Source of the DNA: an uncultured Hydrocarboniphaga sp.
GTDB lineage: Bacteria; Pseudomonadota; Gammaproteobacteria; Nevskiales; Nevskiaceae
Assembly (NCBI GenBank): GCA_964246995.1
Contig: CAXTSJ010000010.1
Span: forward strand, 4,171-68,170
Reading direction: 5' to 3'
Length of the DNA stretch: 64,000 nucleotides
This document shows positions 39,067 through 49,567 of this stretch, piece after piece (position 1 is the stretch's first letter; each line of letters opens with the position of its first letter). Below the pieces are notes generated by a model. That model saw only the letters and a list, made by a program, of their open reading frames with translations, searched no databases and was not told the DNA's origin. A program made the translations under genes and the position numbers.

Positions 39067-40416
39067 TCAGCGGGATCCGCCGCTGGCGGCAAAGCGCTTG
39101 AGGTTGTTGGGCGAGAAATAGGCGGCGTCTTGATGCCAATTGTATTCGATCAGTTTCTGCTCCTCGTTGGTCATGTTGAGGATCACGTAACGGCGCGACT
39201 GCAGGTCGTAATGCACCTGCACGCCGTTGACCATCACCGGCACGTTCGAGAAGTTGATCGAATGCGACTCGGCGGTGCGCCAGAACTGATCGCGCTCGTC
39301 GTACATGTCTTCCGCGAGAACGATCCAGCTGTCCTCGTCGATGTAGAACACGCGGCGCTTGTAGCGATGGCTGATGCCAGCCTTGAGCTGCGCCTCGACC
39401 ACCCAGACCCGATGCAGCTCGTAACGCGTCAGATCCTGGTTGATGTGGCCGGGCTTGATGATGTCTTTGTATTTGAGCTTGTCGTCGTAGAGCCGGTAGC
39501 TGTTGTAAGGCACCAGCATCTCGCGCTTGCCGATCAGCTTGAGGGTGTAGCGATCGAGCGGGCCGTTGAACATGTCGACCTGGTCGTGCGTCATCAGGCC
39601 GTCTTCCAGTGGGTTGTCATACCCGACTTCACCGATGCGCCGGGTGCGTTGCTGGCCGAGGTTGAAGACCCACAGACCGGTCAGTTCCTTGATGCGGTCG
39701 ATCGGCACGTGCAGCAGCTTGGCATCGCCGGCGAGGTTGGGCGGCGATATTGTTTTCGTGAACAGGTGGAGGTTCTGGTTGCCGACGCTTGCCGGCGTGC
39801 TTTCCGGATCGTTGTAGGCGAAGGCGATTTCGACATAGCTGCGCTCGATGACATAGTCACCGCCAGGTGTGGTCGCCGCCGAATTCAGGTATCCCCGAAA
39901 GCCGCGCGTGTTGTACCGCATGATGTGATTCCACAGCGCTTCGGTGCCGTTGCTCGGAATCGGGAAGGGGAAGCCCTGGGCCGCGCAGCAGAAGCCGTAG
40001 CCGTTGTTGGTGAGCACGATCGAGCTGGCATTTTTTTTGGTCGCTTCGATGAACCACGGTGGAAACGCAGCGCCTCGGTGGCTCGGATATACCGGCATGC
40101 GGTAGTCGGCAAACGTTCTGAACAGCGCTTTGTAGCCTTCGGTGAGCAGTGCGCCGTACTGGCCGGCGCTACCGGCGGTGATCACGTACAGCGGCTTTTC
40201 CGCAGCATAGGGATTGTCTCCGCGCTGGAGTTGCGTGCCGGATTCGGGTCTCCATTCGGGGATGGTTCCGGCGGCATTGGCACCGGCCTCCGCGCCGACG
40301 GGAGTGAGGCGCATGCCCAGGGCGCTGGCCTCGTCGAAACCAACCTTGGCCTGCGTCGGCAGGCTGACCGCCAACGCGATCAGAATCCGGAACAGCGGAG
40401 GCAGAATGCGCGTCAT
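39067..40416 (-). CDS. DUF1329 domain-containing periplasmic protein
   Basis: LTPVGAE.GANAAGTIPEW, PFPIP, WNH, RYELHRVWVVEA, KRRVFYIDEDSW; signal peptide from ATG 40416. Confidence 0.88.
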   Translation of the reverse strand: MTRILPPLFRILIALAVSLPTQAKVGFDEASALGMRLTPVGAEAGANAAGTIPEWRPESGTQLQRGDNPYAAEKPLYVITAGSAGQYGALLTEGYKALFRTFADYRMPVYPSHRGAAFPPWFIEATKKNASSIVLTNNGYGFCCAAQGFPFPIPSNGTEALWNHIMRYNTRGFRGYLNSAATTPGGDYVIERSYVEIAFAYNDPESTPASVGNQNLHLFTKTISPPNLAGDAKLLHVPIDRIKELTGLWVFNLGQQRTRRIGEVGYDNPLEDGLMTHDQVDMFNGPLDRYTLKLIGKREMLVPYNSYRLYDDKLKYKDIIKPGHINQDLTRYELHRVWVVEAQLKAGISHRYKRRVFYIDEDSWIVLAEDMYDERDQFWRTAESHSINFSNVPVMVNGVQVHYDLQSRRYVILNMTNEEQKLIEYNWHQDAAYFSPNNLKRFAASGGSR

Positions 40417-40501
40417 GCGTTTGCTGGAATGATGGCCGAGTTCTGAGTCCTCAGACCGATCATCGCCAGCTTCATTCGCTACGCCGCCATCTTTGGGGTT
40501 A

Positions 40502-41311
40502 TCACTCGTCGCCGAGCAACCCGCCAAGCAGACCGCCAGCGACTCCGGCGCCGAGCAACGAACCCTGCTCGCCGCCGCGATTGCCCATCTGCGGCGCCGC
40601 CATGACGATGCGATTGGCCATGCGCGAGAGCGGCAGCGATTGCAGCCAGATCTTGCCCGGCCCCTGCAGCGTGGCATAGAACAAACCTTCGCCGGAAAAC
40701 AGCGCCGACTTCAGACCGCCGACGTACTGGATGTCGTAGCGCACCGTCTGCGTCAGCGCGACGATGCAGCCGGTGTCGACCCGCAACGTCTCACCCGGCT
40801 GCAAATCGCGCGCGTACAGCGTGCCGCCGGCGTGTAGGAAAGCCAGACCATCGCCGTCGAGGCGCTGCATGATGAAGCCTTCGCCGCCGAACAGGCCGAC
40901 GCCGAGCTTGCGCTGGAAGGCGATACCCAGGCTCACGCCCTTGGCCGCGCACAGGAACGAATCCTTCTGGCAGATCAGCGTGCCGCCGACCTCTGCCAGC
41001 GACAGCGGCAACAGCGTGCCGGGGTAAGGCGCGGCGAAGGCGACCTTGCGCTTGCCCTGCCCCTGATTGGTGAACACGGTGGTGAACAGGCTTTCGCCCG
41101 TCACCAGGCGTTTGCCGGCGCCGACCAGCTTGCCCCACAGGCCTTGCTGCTGTGCCGAGCCGTCGCCGAAAACGGTGTCCATGCGGATGCCGTCTTCCAT
41201 GAACATCATGGCGCCGGCTTCGCCCACCGCGGCTTCTCCCGGATCGAGTTCGACTTCGACGAACTGCATGTCAGAGCCATGAATCTTGTAGTCGATGATG
41301 TCCATTGGCAT
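40502..41311 (-). CDS. TIGR00266 / AIM24 family protein
   Basis: GSDMQFVEVELDPGE, TGESLF, CQKDSFLCAA, FGGEGF, VDTGC, GPGKIWLQSLP. Confidence 0.92.
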   Translation of the reverse strand: MPMDIIDYKIHGSDMQFVEVELDPGEAAVGEAGAMMFMEDGIRMDTVFGDGSAQQQGLWGKLVGAGKRLVTGESLFTTVFTNQGQGKRKVAFAAPYPGTLLPLSLAEVGGTLICQKDSFLCAAKGVSLGIAFQRKLGVGLFGGEGFIMQRLDGDGLAFLHAGGTLYARDLQPGETLRVDTGCIVALTQTVRYDIQYVGGLKSALFSGEGLFYATLQGPGKIWLQSLPLSRMANRIVMAAPQMGNRGGEQGSLLGAGVAGGLLGGLLGDE

Positions 41312-41314
41312 GGC

Positions 41315-41686
41315 TCAGGTCTCCAGCTTGCGCAGTTCACGGCGCAGATCGTAATCGCCCGAGGTGACGCATTCTTCCATCCGGCCGAGACGCTGCTCGA
41401 TCCGCGCGAAGCGCGCCTGCATATGCTTGCGGCTGACGCCGGTTGCAGTCTCCGGCGCGTCGCCGTCGTCGGGACGCCCGCGACGGCTGGGCATCAGATA
41501 CCAAAGCAGCGCGTAGACCAGAACGATCGGAAAGATGCCGCCGAACACCAGCGTTAGGATCGCCAGCACGCGGATCAGGCGCACGCTCCAGCCCAGATAG
41601 GCGCCGACGCCGGCGCAAACGCCGCCCACGTAACCGGCCTCGGGATAACGCAGCAGGCGGCCGCGGCTCTTGGTGCGATCAAGCAT
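41315..41686 (-). CDS. pspC: Phage shock protein C
   Basis: GGVCAGVGAYLG PspC domain, TM segment, RMEECVTS..YDLRRE. Confidence 0.92.
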   Translation of the reverse strand: MLDRTKSRGRLLRYPEAGYVGGVCAGVGAYLGWSVRLIRVLAILTLVFGGIFPIVLVYALLWYLMPSRRGRPDDGDAPETATGVSRKHMQARFARIEQRLGRMEECVTSGDYDLRRELRKLET

Positions 41687-41912
41687 GGTGACGACTCCTC
41701 CAGTCGGGCGCCTCGGCGTCCAGGATTTTTTCCAGTGACTCGACTCTCTGCTCCAGGCGATCGGCGATGCGCAGCAGCTCGGCGTCGCCGACGCTGTGCG
41801 CCATCGCCTGCTGGCTTTTCCAGCGACGGTTACGGTCGATGAACCACATCGCCATGCCCGGCAGGATCACGAACAGACTGATGATGGCAATCAGCGGAAC
41901 CAGATCTTCCAC
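41679..41912 (-). CDS. pspB: Phage shock protein B
   Basis: N-terminal TM, RLEQRVESLEKILDAEAPDWR; between pspA and pspC. Confidence 0.9.
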   Translation of the reverse strand: MEDLVPLIAIISLFVILPGMAMWFIDRNRRWKSQQAMAHSVGDAELLRIADRLEQRVESLEKILDAEAPDWRSRHHA

Positions 41913-41974
41913 ACCACACTCCCCGATGAGCTTTCAACGACGACGCCTGGGCCTGCAGCCGCGAAGCTGGCGGC

Positions 41975-42661
41975 TCATGAACGCGGAGGCTCGCCTGTCG
42001 GCGCGGTTTTGCCAAGCTTGGCGCGTAGCGCGCTGAGTTCGGCTTCGATCTTGTCCTGCGCCGCCAGGGTCGCGAACTCGTCCGACAGCGAGCGGCTGCC
42101 CAGGTCGTAGGCCTCCAGCTCCGCTTCCATGCGATCGATGCGGCCCTCGTACTGCTCCATCTTCGCCATCGCCTCCTGCATCTTGGAATCACCGATGACG
42201 CCGCGTACCCGTAGCCGCGAGGATACTGACTGCGAGCGCAGCGCGATGGTCTTCTGGCGCGCACGCGCGTCGTTGAGCTTGGCCCTGAGCTTGCCGGTGT
42301 CCTCGTCGAGCTTGGCGATTTCCTCGTCGACGTGCGCACGCTCGCGGTCGTACAGAGCGATCTGCTCCAGCGCGCGGTTCTTGGCGGCGAGCGCGCCGCG
42401 CGCCAGATCGTCGCGATCCTTGCTCAGAGCCAGCTCGGCCTTGCCGCTCCAGTCCGCGGCGTCCGCGTTGAGCTGATTGAGCAGGCGCTGCAACTCCTTC
42501 TTGCGGGCGATGCTGCGCACGCTGGTGGAGCGCACTTCAACCAGCGTGTCCTCCATCTCCTGAATGATCAGGCGCACCATTTTTTCCGGGTCCTCCGCCT
42601 TGTCGAGCATGGCGTGGATGTTGGAATTGATGACGTCGGAAAGGCGCGAAAAAATACCCAT
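41975..42661 (-). CDS. pspA: Phage shock protein A
   Basis: MGIFSRLSDVINSNI..LDKAEDPEKMVRLIIQEMEDTLVEVR; coiled coil. Confidence 0.97.
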   Translation of the reverse strand: MGIFSRLSDVINSNIHAMLDKAEDPEKMVRLIIQEMEDTLVEVRSTSVRSIARKKELQRLLNQLNADAADWSGKAELALSKDRDDLARGALAAKNRALEQIALYDRERAHVDEEIAKLDEDTGKLRAKLNDARARQKTIALRSQSVSSRLRVRGVIGDSKMQEAMAKMEQYEGRIDRMEAELEAYDLGSRSLSDEFATLAAQDKIEAELSALRAKLGKTAPTGEPPRS

Positions 42662-42703
42662 GATGTAGCTCCGTGCAGCGATGGTTTGACGGTTGCGTGC
42701 CGC

Positions 42704-42964
42704 TCAGGCGGCCGGTGCGGCAGTGGCGTCGCCGTCGCGCTGACCGCTGCGCGACTCGTCCGGCGGCAGCAGGGGTTTCAGCGTCTGGTCAAGGTTGCGC
42801 TTGAGATCGTCACGCAGCTCCTCGAGCGCGGCGTTGCCCTGCTCGGCGATCCAGTGGCCGATGCCGCTAGCCACGCGGCCACCGACATCGTCGGCGGCAT
42901 TGGCAGCGGTGGCAGCGAAGGCGAGGCCCATGAAGGCGACGCTCAGAATTTGACGGATGACCAT
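42704..42964 (-). CDS. Hypothetical small secreted protein, first gene of the psp operon
   Basis: GAGGAG RBS, signal peptide ending ANA-A, amphipathic helix IAEQGNAALEELRDDL; lies between the sigma54 promoter and pspA. Confidence 0.75.
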   Translation of the reverse strand: MVIRQILSVAFMGLAFAATAANAADDVGGRVASGIGHWIAEQGNAALEELRDDLKRNLDQTLKPLLPPDESRSGQRDGDATAAPAA

Positions 42965-43004
42965 GACGCTCTCCTCGTTCGATAAACCCCAGTCACCAAG
43001 TCAT

Positions 43005-43020
43005 AGCCAGGGCCGTGCCA
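43005..43020 (-). promoter_or_regulatory. Sigma54 -24/-12 promoter of the psp operon
   Basis: Minus strand TGGCACGGCCCTGGCT has GG-N10-GC spacing; divergent pspF encodes a sigma54 activator. Confidence 0.85.
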
Positions 43021-43035
43021 GATCACGTAATTCCG

Positions 43036-43048
43036 TAAGCTATTGATA
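43036..43048 (-). promoter_or_regulatory. IHF binding site
   Basis: Minus strand TATCAATAGCTTA matches WATCAANNNNTTR, with an adjacent AT-rich tract. Confidence 0.75.
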
Positions 43049-43112
43049 AATAAAGGTTATATTTAAGGGAGCCCGGATCGCTGAATCAAAGAGATCGATA
43101 ATTCGTTCATTA

Positions 43113-43157
43113 GATGGTAGAAAAAACCATCCAATCGCTCATATGGCGAAAGTATCC

Positions 43158-43159
<2 letters not shown>
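43113..43159. promoter_or_regulatory. Candidate PspF upstream activating sequences
   Basis: Two similar dyads, GATGGT-N7-ACCATC (43113-43131) and ATGG-N9-CCAT (43143-43159), about 100-140 bp upstream of the sigma54 site. Confidence 0.5.
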
Positions 43160-44225
<1,066 letters not shown>

Positions 44226-44258
44226 ACTCGCGGCCTGCTTCCATCACTCCAAACCCCA

Positions 44259-45647
44259 ATGCCCGCATCGAGTCTGCTGCTCGTCGGCGTGTTCAGTCTC
44301 CTGGCGGGACTGGCCGTCGCGTGGATGGTTCTGCGCACGCGCCACTTGGTGGAACGCGCGCGCGGTGAGCATCTGAGCCAGCAGCTGACAGAGGCGCAGC
44401 TGCGGATCGCCCAGCGAGACGTAGAGGCCAGCGAGCAGCGTGCGCGCAATGCCGAACAGCAGGCGACGATCGCCGAGCTGCGCGTGCAGCTCAGCGAGCA
44501 GGCGCATCAACACCAGGACCGGCTCGCCAGCTTTGAAGAAGCGCGCGCGCGGATGGAAGAGTCCTTCAAGGCCCTGTCGGCCGATGCGCTGCGCGCCAGC
44601 CAGGAAGGTTTTCTGCATCTCGCCGGCGCCACCTTCGAAAAATTCCAGGCGCAGACCGAGGGCAAGCTGGCTCAGCGCGAACAGGCGGTGAAGGCACTGG
44701 TCGAGCCCATCGGCAAATCGCTCGACGGCGTGCGCAGCAAGATCGACGAGCTGGAAAAAACCCGCGCAGAAGCCTACGGATCGCTCACCAACCAGGTGAA
44801 GTCGATGGTGGTGAGCCAGGACCTGCTACGCACCGAGGCCGGCAATCTGGTGAAGGCGCTGCGCGCACCGCAGACGCGCGGCCGCTGGGGTGAAATGCAG
44901 CTCAAGCGCGTGGTCGAGATGGCCGGGATGCTCGAATACTGCGACTTCGAGCAACAGGTCTCGGCGGCGATCGACGAAGGCCGCCTGCGCCCCGACCTGA
45001 TCGTGCGCCTGCCCGGCGGCAAGCGCGTGGTGGTCGACGCCAAAGCGCCATTGCAAGCCTATCTCGACGCCACCGAAAGCACCGACGACACCGCGCGCCA
45101 CGACTTCCTCATGGCGCATGCGCGCCAGCTGCGCGACCACCTGACCAAGCTCGGCAACAAATCCTATTGGCAGCAGTTCGAGCCCTCGCCGGAATTCGTG
45201 GTGATGTTCCTGCCCGGCGAATCCTTCTTCAGCGCCGCGCTGGAAAAGCAGCCCGGGCTGATCGAAGAAGGCGTCAAGCAAAGCGTGATCGTAGCGACGC
45301 CGACCACGCTCATCGCGCTGCTACGTGCGGTGTCCTACGGCTGGCGCCAGGAATCGCTGGCGGAAAATGCGCAAGCGATCGCCAAGCTCGGCCGCGAGCT
45401 GTACGAGCGCGTCGGCAAGTTCGCCGATCACTTCGGCAAGGTTGGACGTCAGCTGACCTCGGCAGTCACGAGCTACAACGAAGCGGTCGGTACTTTGGAA
45501 ACCCGCGTGCTGCCATCGGCTCGCCGCTTTCGCGACCTGCGTGCCGGCGACGGCAAGATCGCGCCGCTCGAAGGCGTGCAGCAGACGGCGAGGGGACTAC
45601 ACGCGGCAGAATTGATTCTGCCGTCGCCGGAGTCAGATGAGACTTAG
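44259..45647 (+). CDS. rmuC: DNA recombination protein RmuC
   Basis: N-terminal TM, coiled coil, RGRWGEMQL, RPD..V.LPG, VVVDAK, FVVMFLPGE, TPTTL. Confidence 0.93.
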   Translation: MPASSLLLVGVFSLLAGLAVAWMVLRTRHLVERARGEHLSQQLTEAQLRIAQRDVEASEQRARNAEQQATIAELRVQLSEQAHQHQDRLASFEEARARMEESFKALSADALRASQEGFLHLAGATFEKFQAQTEGKLAQREQAVKALVEPIGKSLDGVRSKIDELEKTRAEAYGSLTNQVKSMVVSQDLLRTEAGNLVKALRAPQTRGRWGEMQLKRVVEMAGMLEYCDFEQQVSAAIDEGRLRPDLIVRLPGGKRVVVDAKAPLQAYLDATESTDDTARHDFLMAHARQLRDHLTKLGNKSYWQQFEPSPEFVVMFLPGESFFSAALEKQPGLIEEGVKQSVIVATPTTLIALLRAVSYGWRQESLAENAQAIAKLGRELYERVGKFADHFGKVGRQLTSAVTSYNEAVGTLETRVLPSARRFRDLRAGDGKIAPLEGVQQTARGLHAAELILPSPESDET

Positions 45648-45720
45648 GACGGCTGTGCCCGGTCGCGCAAGCCGCCGATGATCTTCCGCCACGGATTCCG
45701 CCTCACGAATCCCCGCGACA

Positions 45721-46179
45721 TCAAAACACCCCGCAGCTCAGACCTGCCGAAAAAATCAGCCCGAGTTCACGGCAACGCGCGATGCCCGCATCATCCGGTT
45801 CACCCACCACGACCACCGGCTCGGCGATCGCCTTCCAGCCGAAGCCGGTGGCGATGCGTTCGATCGCTCTGATCGCGCCCGTGCCATCGTTGCCAGCGCT
45901 GATGAACACGGCGTAGGGCAGGCCTATGCGCTTGCCTTCGCAGGGGTAATAAGTGCGATCGAGAAAATCCTTGAGCGCGCCGCTCATGTAGCCGAAGTTT
46001 TCTGGCGTGCCGAGCAGCAGGCCGTCGCAGGCCATCAGTTCGTCGACGCCGGCATCGAGCGCCCTGATCATGTGCAGATCGACTTCCTCTGCGAACTCGG
46101 CAGCGGCGTCGGCCGCGGCCTGCGCCAGCCGCAACGTTCGCCCGGTTTGCGTGGCGTAGACCAGCAGCAGGCGTTTCAC
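45721..46179 (-). CDS. Flavodoxin family protein
   Basis: LLVYATQTGRT FMN loop, GTPENFGYMSGALKDFLDR, AGNDG; GTG start 46179. Confidence 0.88.
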   Translation of the reverse strand: MKRLLLVYATQTGRTLRLAQAAADAAAEFAEEVDLHMIRALDAGVDELMACDGLLLGTPENFGYMSGALKDFLDRTYYPCEGKRIGLPYAVFISAGNDGTGAIRAIERIATGFGWKAIAEPVVVVGEPDDAGIARCRELGLIFSAGLSCGVF

Positions 46180-46198
46180 AGAGATCTGCCGCGTCCGC

Positions 46199-47002
46199 TC
46201 AGGCGACCAGGGTCTGCGATCCGCGCCAGTTCGCGCCCGGCGCCAGTTCGACTGGCTGGCCGACACTCGCCGCTTCCACGCAGAGCATGCGTTGATAGCC
46301 GGCATCCTCCAGATCTTTGAGCGTGGCGCCGAGGACGGGGCCGGGATTCCAGATCACGGTGTCGGCGAAACCCTGCTGCTCGATCCGCAGCCGTCGTTCC
46401 GGTTCGACCAGCAGCACGGACGATGGCGCATCGAGATAGATGCGATCGACTTCGCCGTCGATCGCCAAGGCCGGCGCCGTCTCCTCGAACTCGGCGTTGC
46501 CGCGGGTCTTGTCGCGATAGCGCAGGTTCTGCAGGCCCTGCACGCGGACGGCGTCGATCGCGCCGACACGCAGATAGCTGTGCAGCGCCACGGTGAAGCG
46601 CATCGGCGTGTCGCCGCGATTGATGATCAGCAACTCCACATGCAAGCGTGGTCCGCCGATCTGCACGCGCAGCTCACAACGAAACTCGTGCGGCCACAGG
46701 GCGCGCGTCGCCGCGTTCGATTCCAGTGCCCACCGGCAAACGCCGGCTTGATGATCGACGCAGTCCCACACCTGCGTGCGCGCGAAGCCGTGCTTGGCCA
46801 GCGGCCCCTGCTCGGCGAACTGCGGAAAGATCACCGGGATGCCGCCGCGGATCGACACGCCTGGCGCAATCACCGCGCGGCTGCTGAGGAACAGGCGCTC
46901 CTGCCCGCCGGCCGGCGTCCAGCGGCTGAGTTGCGCACCTTGCGCGTGGACCTCGGCGACGGCGCCGTCGTCGGAGTGCAGCGTCAGAGTCGAGGCGGTC
47001 AT
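46199..47002 (-). CDS. D-hexose-6-phosphate mutarotase (YeaD-like)
   Basis: IRGGIPVIFPQF, KHGFAR, ALHSY, EVDRIY, VIWNPG, MLCVEAA. Confidence 0.92.
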   Translation of the reverse strand: MTASTLTLHSDDGAVAEVHAQGAQLSRWTPAGGQERLFLSSRAVIAPGVSIRGGIPVIFPQFAEQGPLAKHGFARTQVWDCVDHQAGVCRWALESNAATRALWPHEFRCELRVQIGGPRLHVELLIINRGDTPMRFTVALHSYLRVGAIDAVRVQGLQNLRYRDKTRGNAEFEETAPALAIDGEVDRIYLDAPSSVLLVEPERRLRIEQQGFADTVIWNPGPVLGATLKDLEDAGYQRMLCVEAASVGQPVELAPGANWRGSQTLVA

Positions 47003-47214
47003 GCGGGTCGGGTCCCGATCGGGTGTCGCGGCGTCCCTGCGATAATCCTGTCCATGCGTTTCAACCAGGCGGGTGAGCCTTGATCCTGCGGCAAGCGATG
47101 CGAGCGCTCAAGCCACGGCTGTCGGGCCGATCGCTGCCGCTCGACGGACGCCGACCACTGCGCGCACTGCAAGAGCGCGTAATGCCAAGGCTCGGCAACC
47201 AGGACCAAGGCGCG

Positions 47215-49149
47215 ATGCGCGAAACCCGGCGCGGGACCAGCAGCCAGCAGGGCGCCGTGATGATCTGGGTCGGCGTGTCGCTGGTGGCGATGCTCACCGC
47301 GACTTTTCTTGCGATCGACGTCGGCCGCCTCTACTTCACCCAGCGCGATCTGCAGCGCTTGGCCTCGCTCGCCGCGGTGTCGGCCGCGCAGGCGGCCAGT
47401 GGCTGCGTGGGCGCGGATCAGGATGGCCGGCCGGGCGACGTAGACGATGTCACCCGGCTGGTGCGCAGCTTTGTGGTCGGCAACGGCGGCAAGCCCGAGT
47501 ACCTCACCGGCGTTAACGACGCGCCGCCCGTGGAACTGGGCAAGCTGGTGCGGCAGAACCATCTGCGCCTGTTTCAAAGCCTGCCCGAGGGCGACCCTGA
47601 CATCAGCGCGGTGCGCGTGAGCCTGACGCGGCCGCAGCCAAGGCCCTTCATCGGGTTTCTTTCCGGCGGACGCACGCTGCGCGCGTCGGCCACGGCCGAG
47701 CAGACACTCAACGCCAGCTTCAATGTCGGCTCCACCCTGCTCGGCGTCGGCGGCGGCCTGTTCGACCAGACACTCAGTGCGATGCTCTGCGCCGCGGGCG
47801 ATACCGCTTGCCGCGGCCGCGTGATCGGTCTCAAGGTCGCGTCGTTTGCGACCGGCCTGGCCGCCACCTCGATTTCGCTCGGGCAGATGGCGGCGGCGGC
47901 GCAAGTGAGCGTGCAGGACCTGTCCGACCCGCTGGTGCTGTCGACACAGACGGTGCTGCTGCCGCAGATGCTTGCTGGTCTGTCCGCGAACCTCGGCGGC
48001 GGCGCCAGCGCGCAGGCCGTGCAATTGTTGCGAAGCCTGGCCGCGGCGGCATCGGCCAACACCCAGCCGATCGCCCTGGGCCGCATCATCGGCGACGTCG
48101 ATGCGAGCGCGAGCGACGTCCCGTTGATCAATCTGCTCGATCTGCTGATGACGCTGGGCATCGCCAGCCACGACGACGCGCACGGGCTGACGCCGGTGGA
48201 GTTGCCGCTGGTGCTCAACGTCCCGGCCGGCGTCACGATCAGCAGCTACCTGCGCGTCCTGCAGCCCGCGCAGGCCAGCGGCGCGGCGCGGCCGGGCACC
48301 GCGCAGGCGCGCACGGCGCAGTTGCGGCTGGAGATTCGCATCCATGCCGACCAGCTGCTCAACGCCGTCGCATCGACGGTGAACTCGCTCATCGGCGGCG
48401 CCCTCCAGGCGCAGGTGTTGCCCGCGCCTCTGAACCTGGGGATCGATATCGACGTGGCGCCGGCGACGGCCTATCTGGATGCGATCCGCTGCCCCAGCGT
48501 CGCCGACAACCATGGCGCGCCGGTGGTGCAACTGAGCGTCGCCCGCGCGCTGGCCGACATCGCCGTCGGCCGCTTCAGCGGAACGCCGACGGCGCGGTTC
48601 TCACCGCCGCTGCAGCGATCGGCCGACCCGATCGATCTCCTCACGCTGCGCAGCGGCGGCAGCACGCGCACGTTGCGGCTCGCGTACACGACAGCGAGCG
48701 TCGGCGGCGGGCCCGATCCGGTGCCCTTGCAGGACGTGACCGAGTTCCTCCGACTGGCCGAATCGTCCAGTGCGCGTCCGCCGGTCTATGCGGCGATGGG
48801 TAGTGCGGCGGTCACGCCGCTGGTGCCGGTGGCGGCCAACCCGCAGACGCTGGATTCGCCGCTGGGCCTCGATCTTCACTTGGGCCTGAGCATCGAGTCG
48901 TCCGCCGCGGGCGAGAGCGTTCCGCCGCTGGCGAACACGGTCCTTGAAGCCGTGCAAGTGCTGGTGCAGCCGCTGCTGAATCTGGTCAACGGTCTGGCGA
49001 CCGGCCTGGTCGATCCGGTGCTCGGTTCTATGGGGATCGAGGCCGGTGCCGCGACGGTGACGCTGGAGGCGGTGCAGATCGGCCGGCCGCAGAAAACCGC
49101 GACCTGCATCCCCGGCGGCGGCGGCGCGCGTGCCTGCCAGGCGCCTTGA
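47215..49149 (+). CDS. TadG-like pilus-associated membrane-anchored protein
   Basis: QQGAVMIW pilin-like leader and TM, LAIDVGRLYFTQRDLQRLASLAA Tad motif, long Ala/Leu-rich C-terminus; start uncertain (47080-47215). Confidence 0.8.
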   Translation: MRETRRGTSSQQGAVMIWVGVSLVAMLTATFLAIDVGRLYFTQRDLQRLASLAAVSAAQAASGCVGADQDGRPGDVDDVTRLVRSFVVGNGGKPEYLTGVNDAPPVELGKLVRQNHLRLFQSLPEGDPDISAVRVSLTRPQPRPFIGFLSGGRTLRASATAEQTLNASFNVGSTLLGVGGGLFDQTLSAMLCAAGDTACRGRVIGLKVASFATGLAATSISLGQMAAAAQVSVQDLSDPLVLSTQTVLLPQMLAGLSANLGGGASAQAVQLLRSLAAAASANTQPIALGRIIGDVDASASDVPLINLLDLLMTLGIASHDDAHGLTPVELPLVLNVPAGVTISSYLRVLQPAQASGAARPGTAQARTAQLRLEIRIHADQLLNAVASTVNSLIGGALQAQVLPAPLNLGIDIDVAPATAYLDAIRCPSVADNHGAPVVQLSVARALADIAVGRFSGTPTARFSPPLQRSADPIDLLTLRSGGSTRTLRLAYTTASVGGGPDPVPLQDVTEFLRLAESSSARPPVYAAMGSAAVTPLVPVAANPQTLDSPLGLDLHLGLSIESSAAGESVPPLANTVLEAVQVLVQPLLNLVNGLATGLVDPVLGSMGIEAGAATVTLEAVQIGRPQKTATCIPGGGGARACQAP

Positions 49150-49230
49150 TGCCGCGTGCGATTGCCGCGATCGGGTGGGCCCCGGACAATTCGCGCACAA
49201 TCCACGCGCCCCGCAGCCATCGACATCCGG

Positions 49231-49560
49231 ATGAGCACATCCAACCTGTACCGCATCAGCTTCCACAATCAGAACCAGGTCTACGAGGTCTACGCGCGCC
49301 TGGTCAGCCACGGCGGCATGCCGGGCTTCGTCGAGGTGGAAAAATTGGTGTTCGGCGAGCGATCCAGCGTCGTCGTCGACCCGTCGGAAGAAAAGCTCAA
49401 GATCGAATTTGAAAACGTCGAGCGCTTCTACGTGCCGCTGCACGCGGTGATCCGCATCGACCAGGTGAGCAAGCAGGGGCCGGCGCGCATCGTCGCCGGC
49501 GGCGACTCCAAGGTGATGCCGTTCGCCCAATACGTGAACCCCGACGGCTCGCGCCGGTAG
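49231..49560 (+). CDS. DUF1820 family protein
   Basis: YRISFHNQNQVYEVYAR, VVVDPSEEKLK.EF, VIRIDQV. Confidence 0.85.
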   Translation: MSTSNLYRISFHNQNQVYEVYARLVSHGGMPGFVEVEKLVFGERSSVVVDPSEEKLKIEFENVERFYVPLHAVIRIDQVSKQGPARIVAGGDSKVMPFAQYVNPDGSRR

Positions 49561-49567
49561 ACGCGCC

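Noticed and set aside
40417-40677. Long N-terminal extension of the DUF1329 ORF, or a fusion with AIM24
   Set aside because: It overlaps the AIM24 gene in another frame, and a signal peptide begins at ATG 40416.
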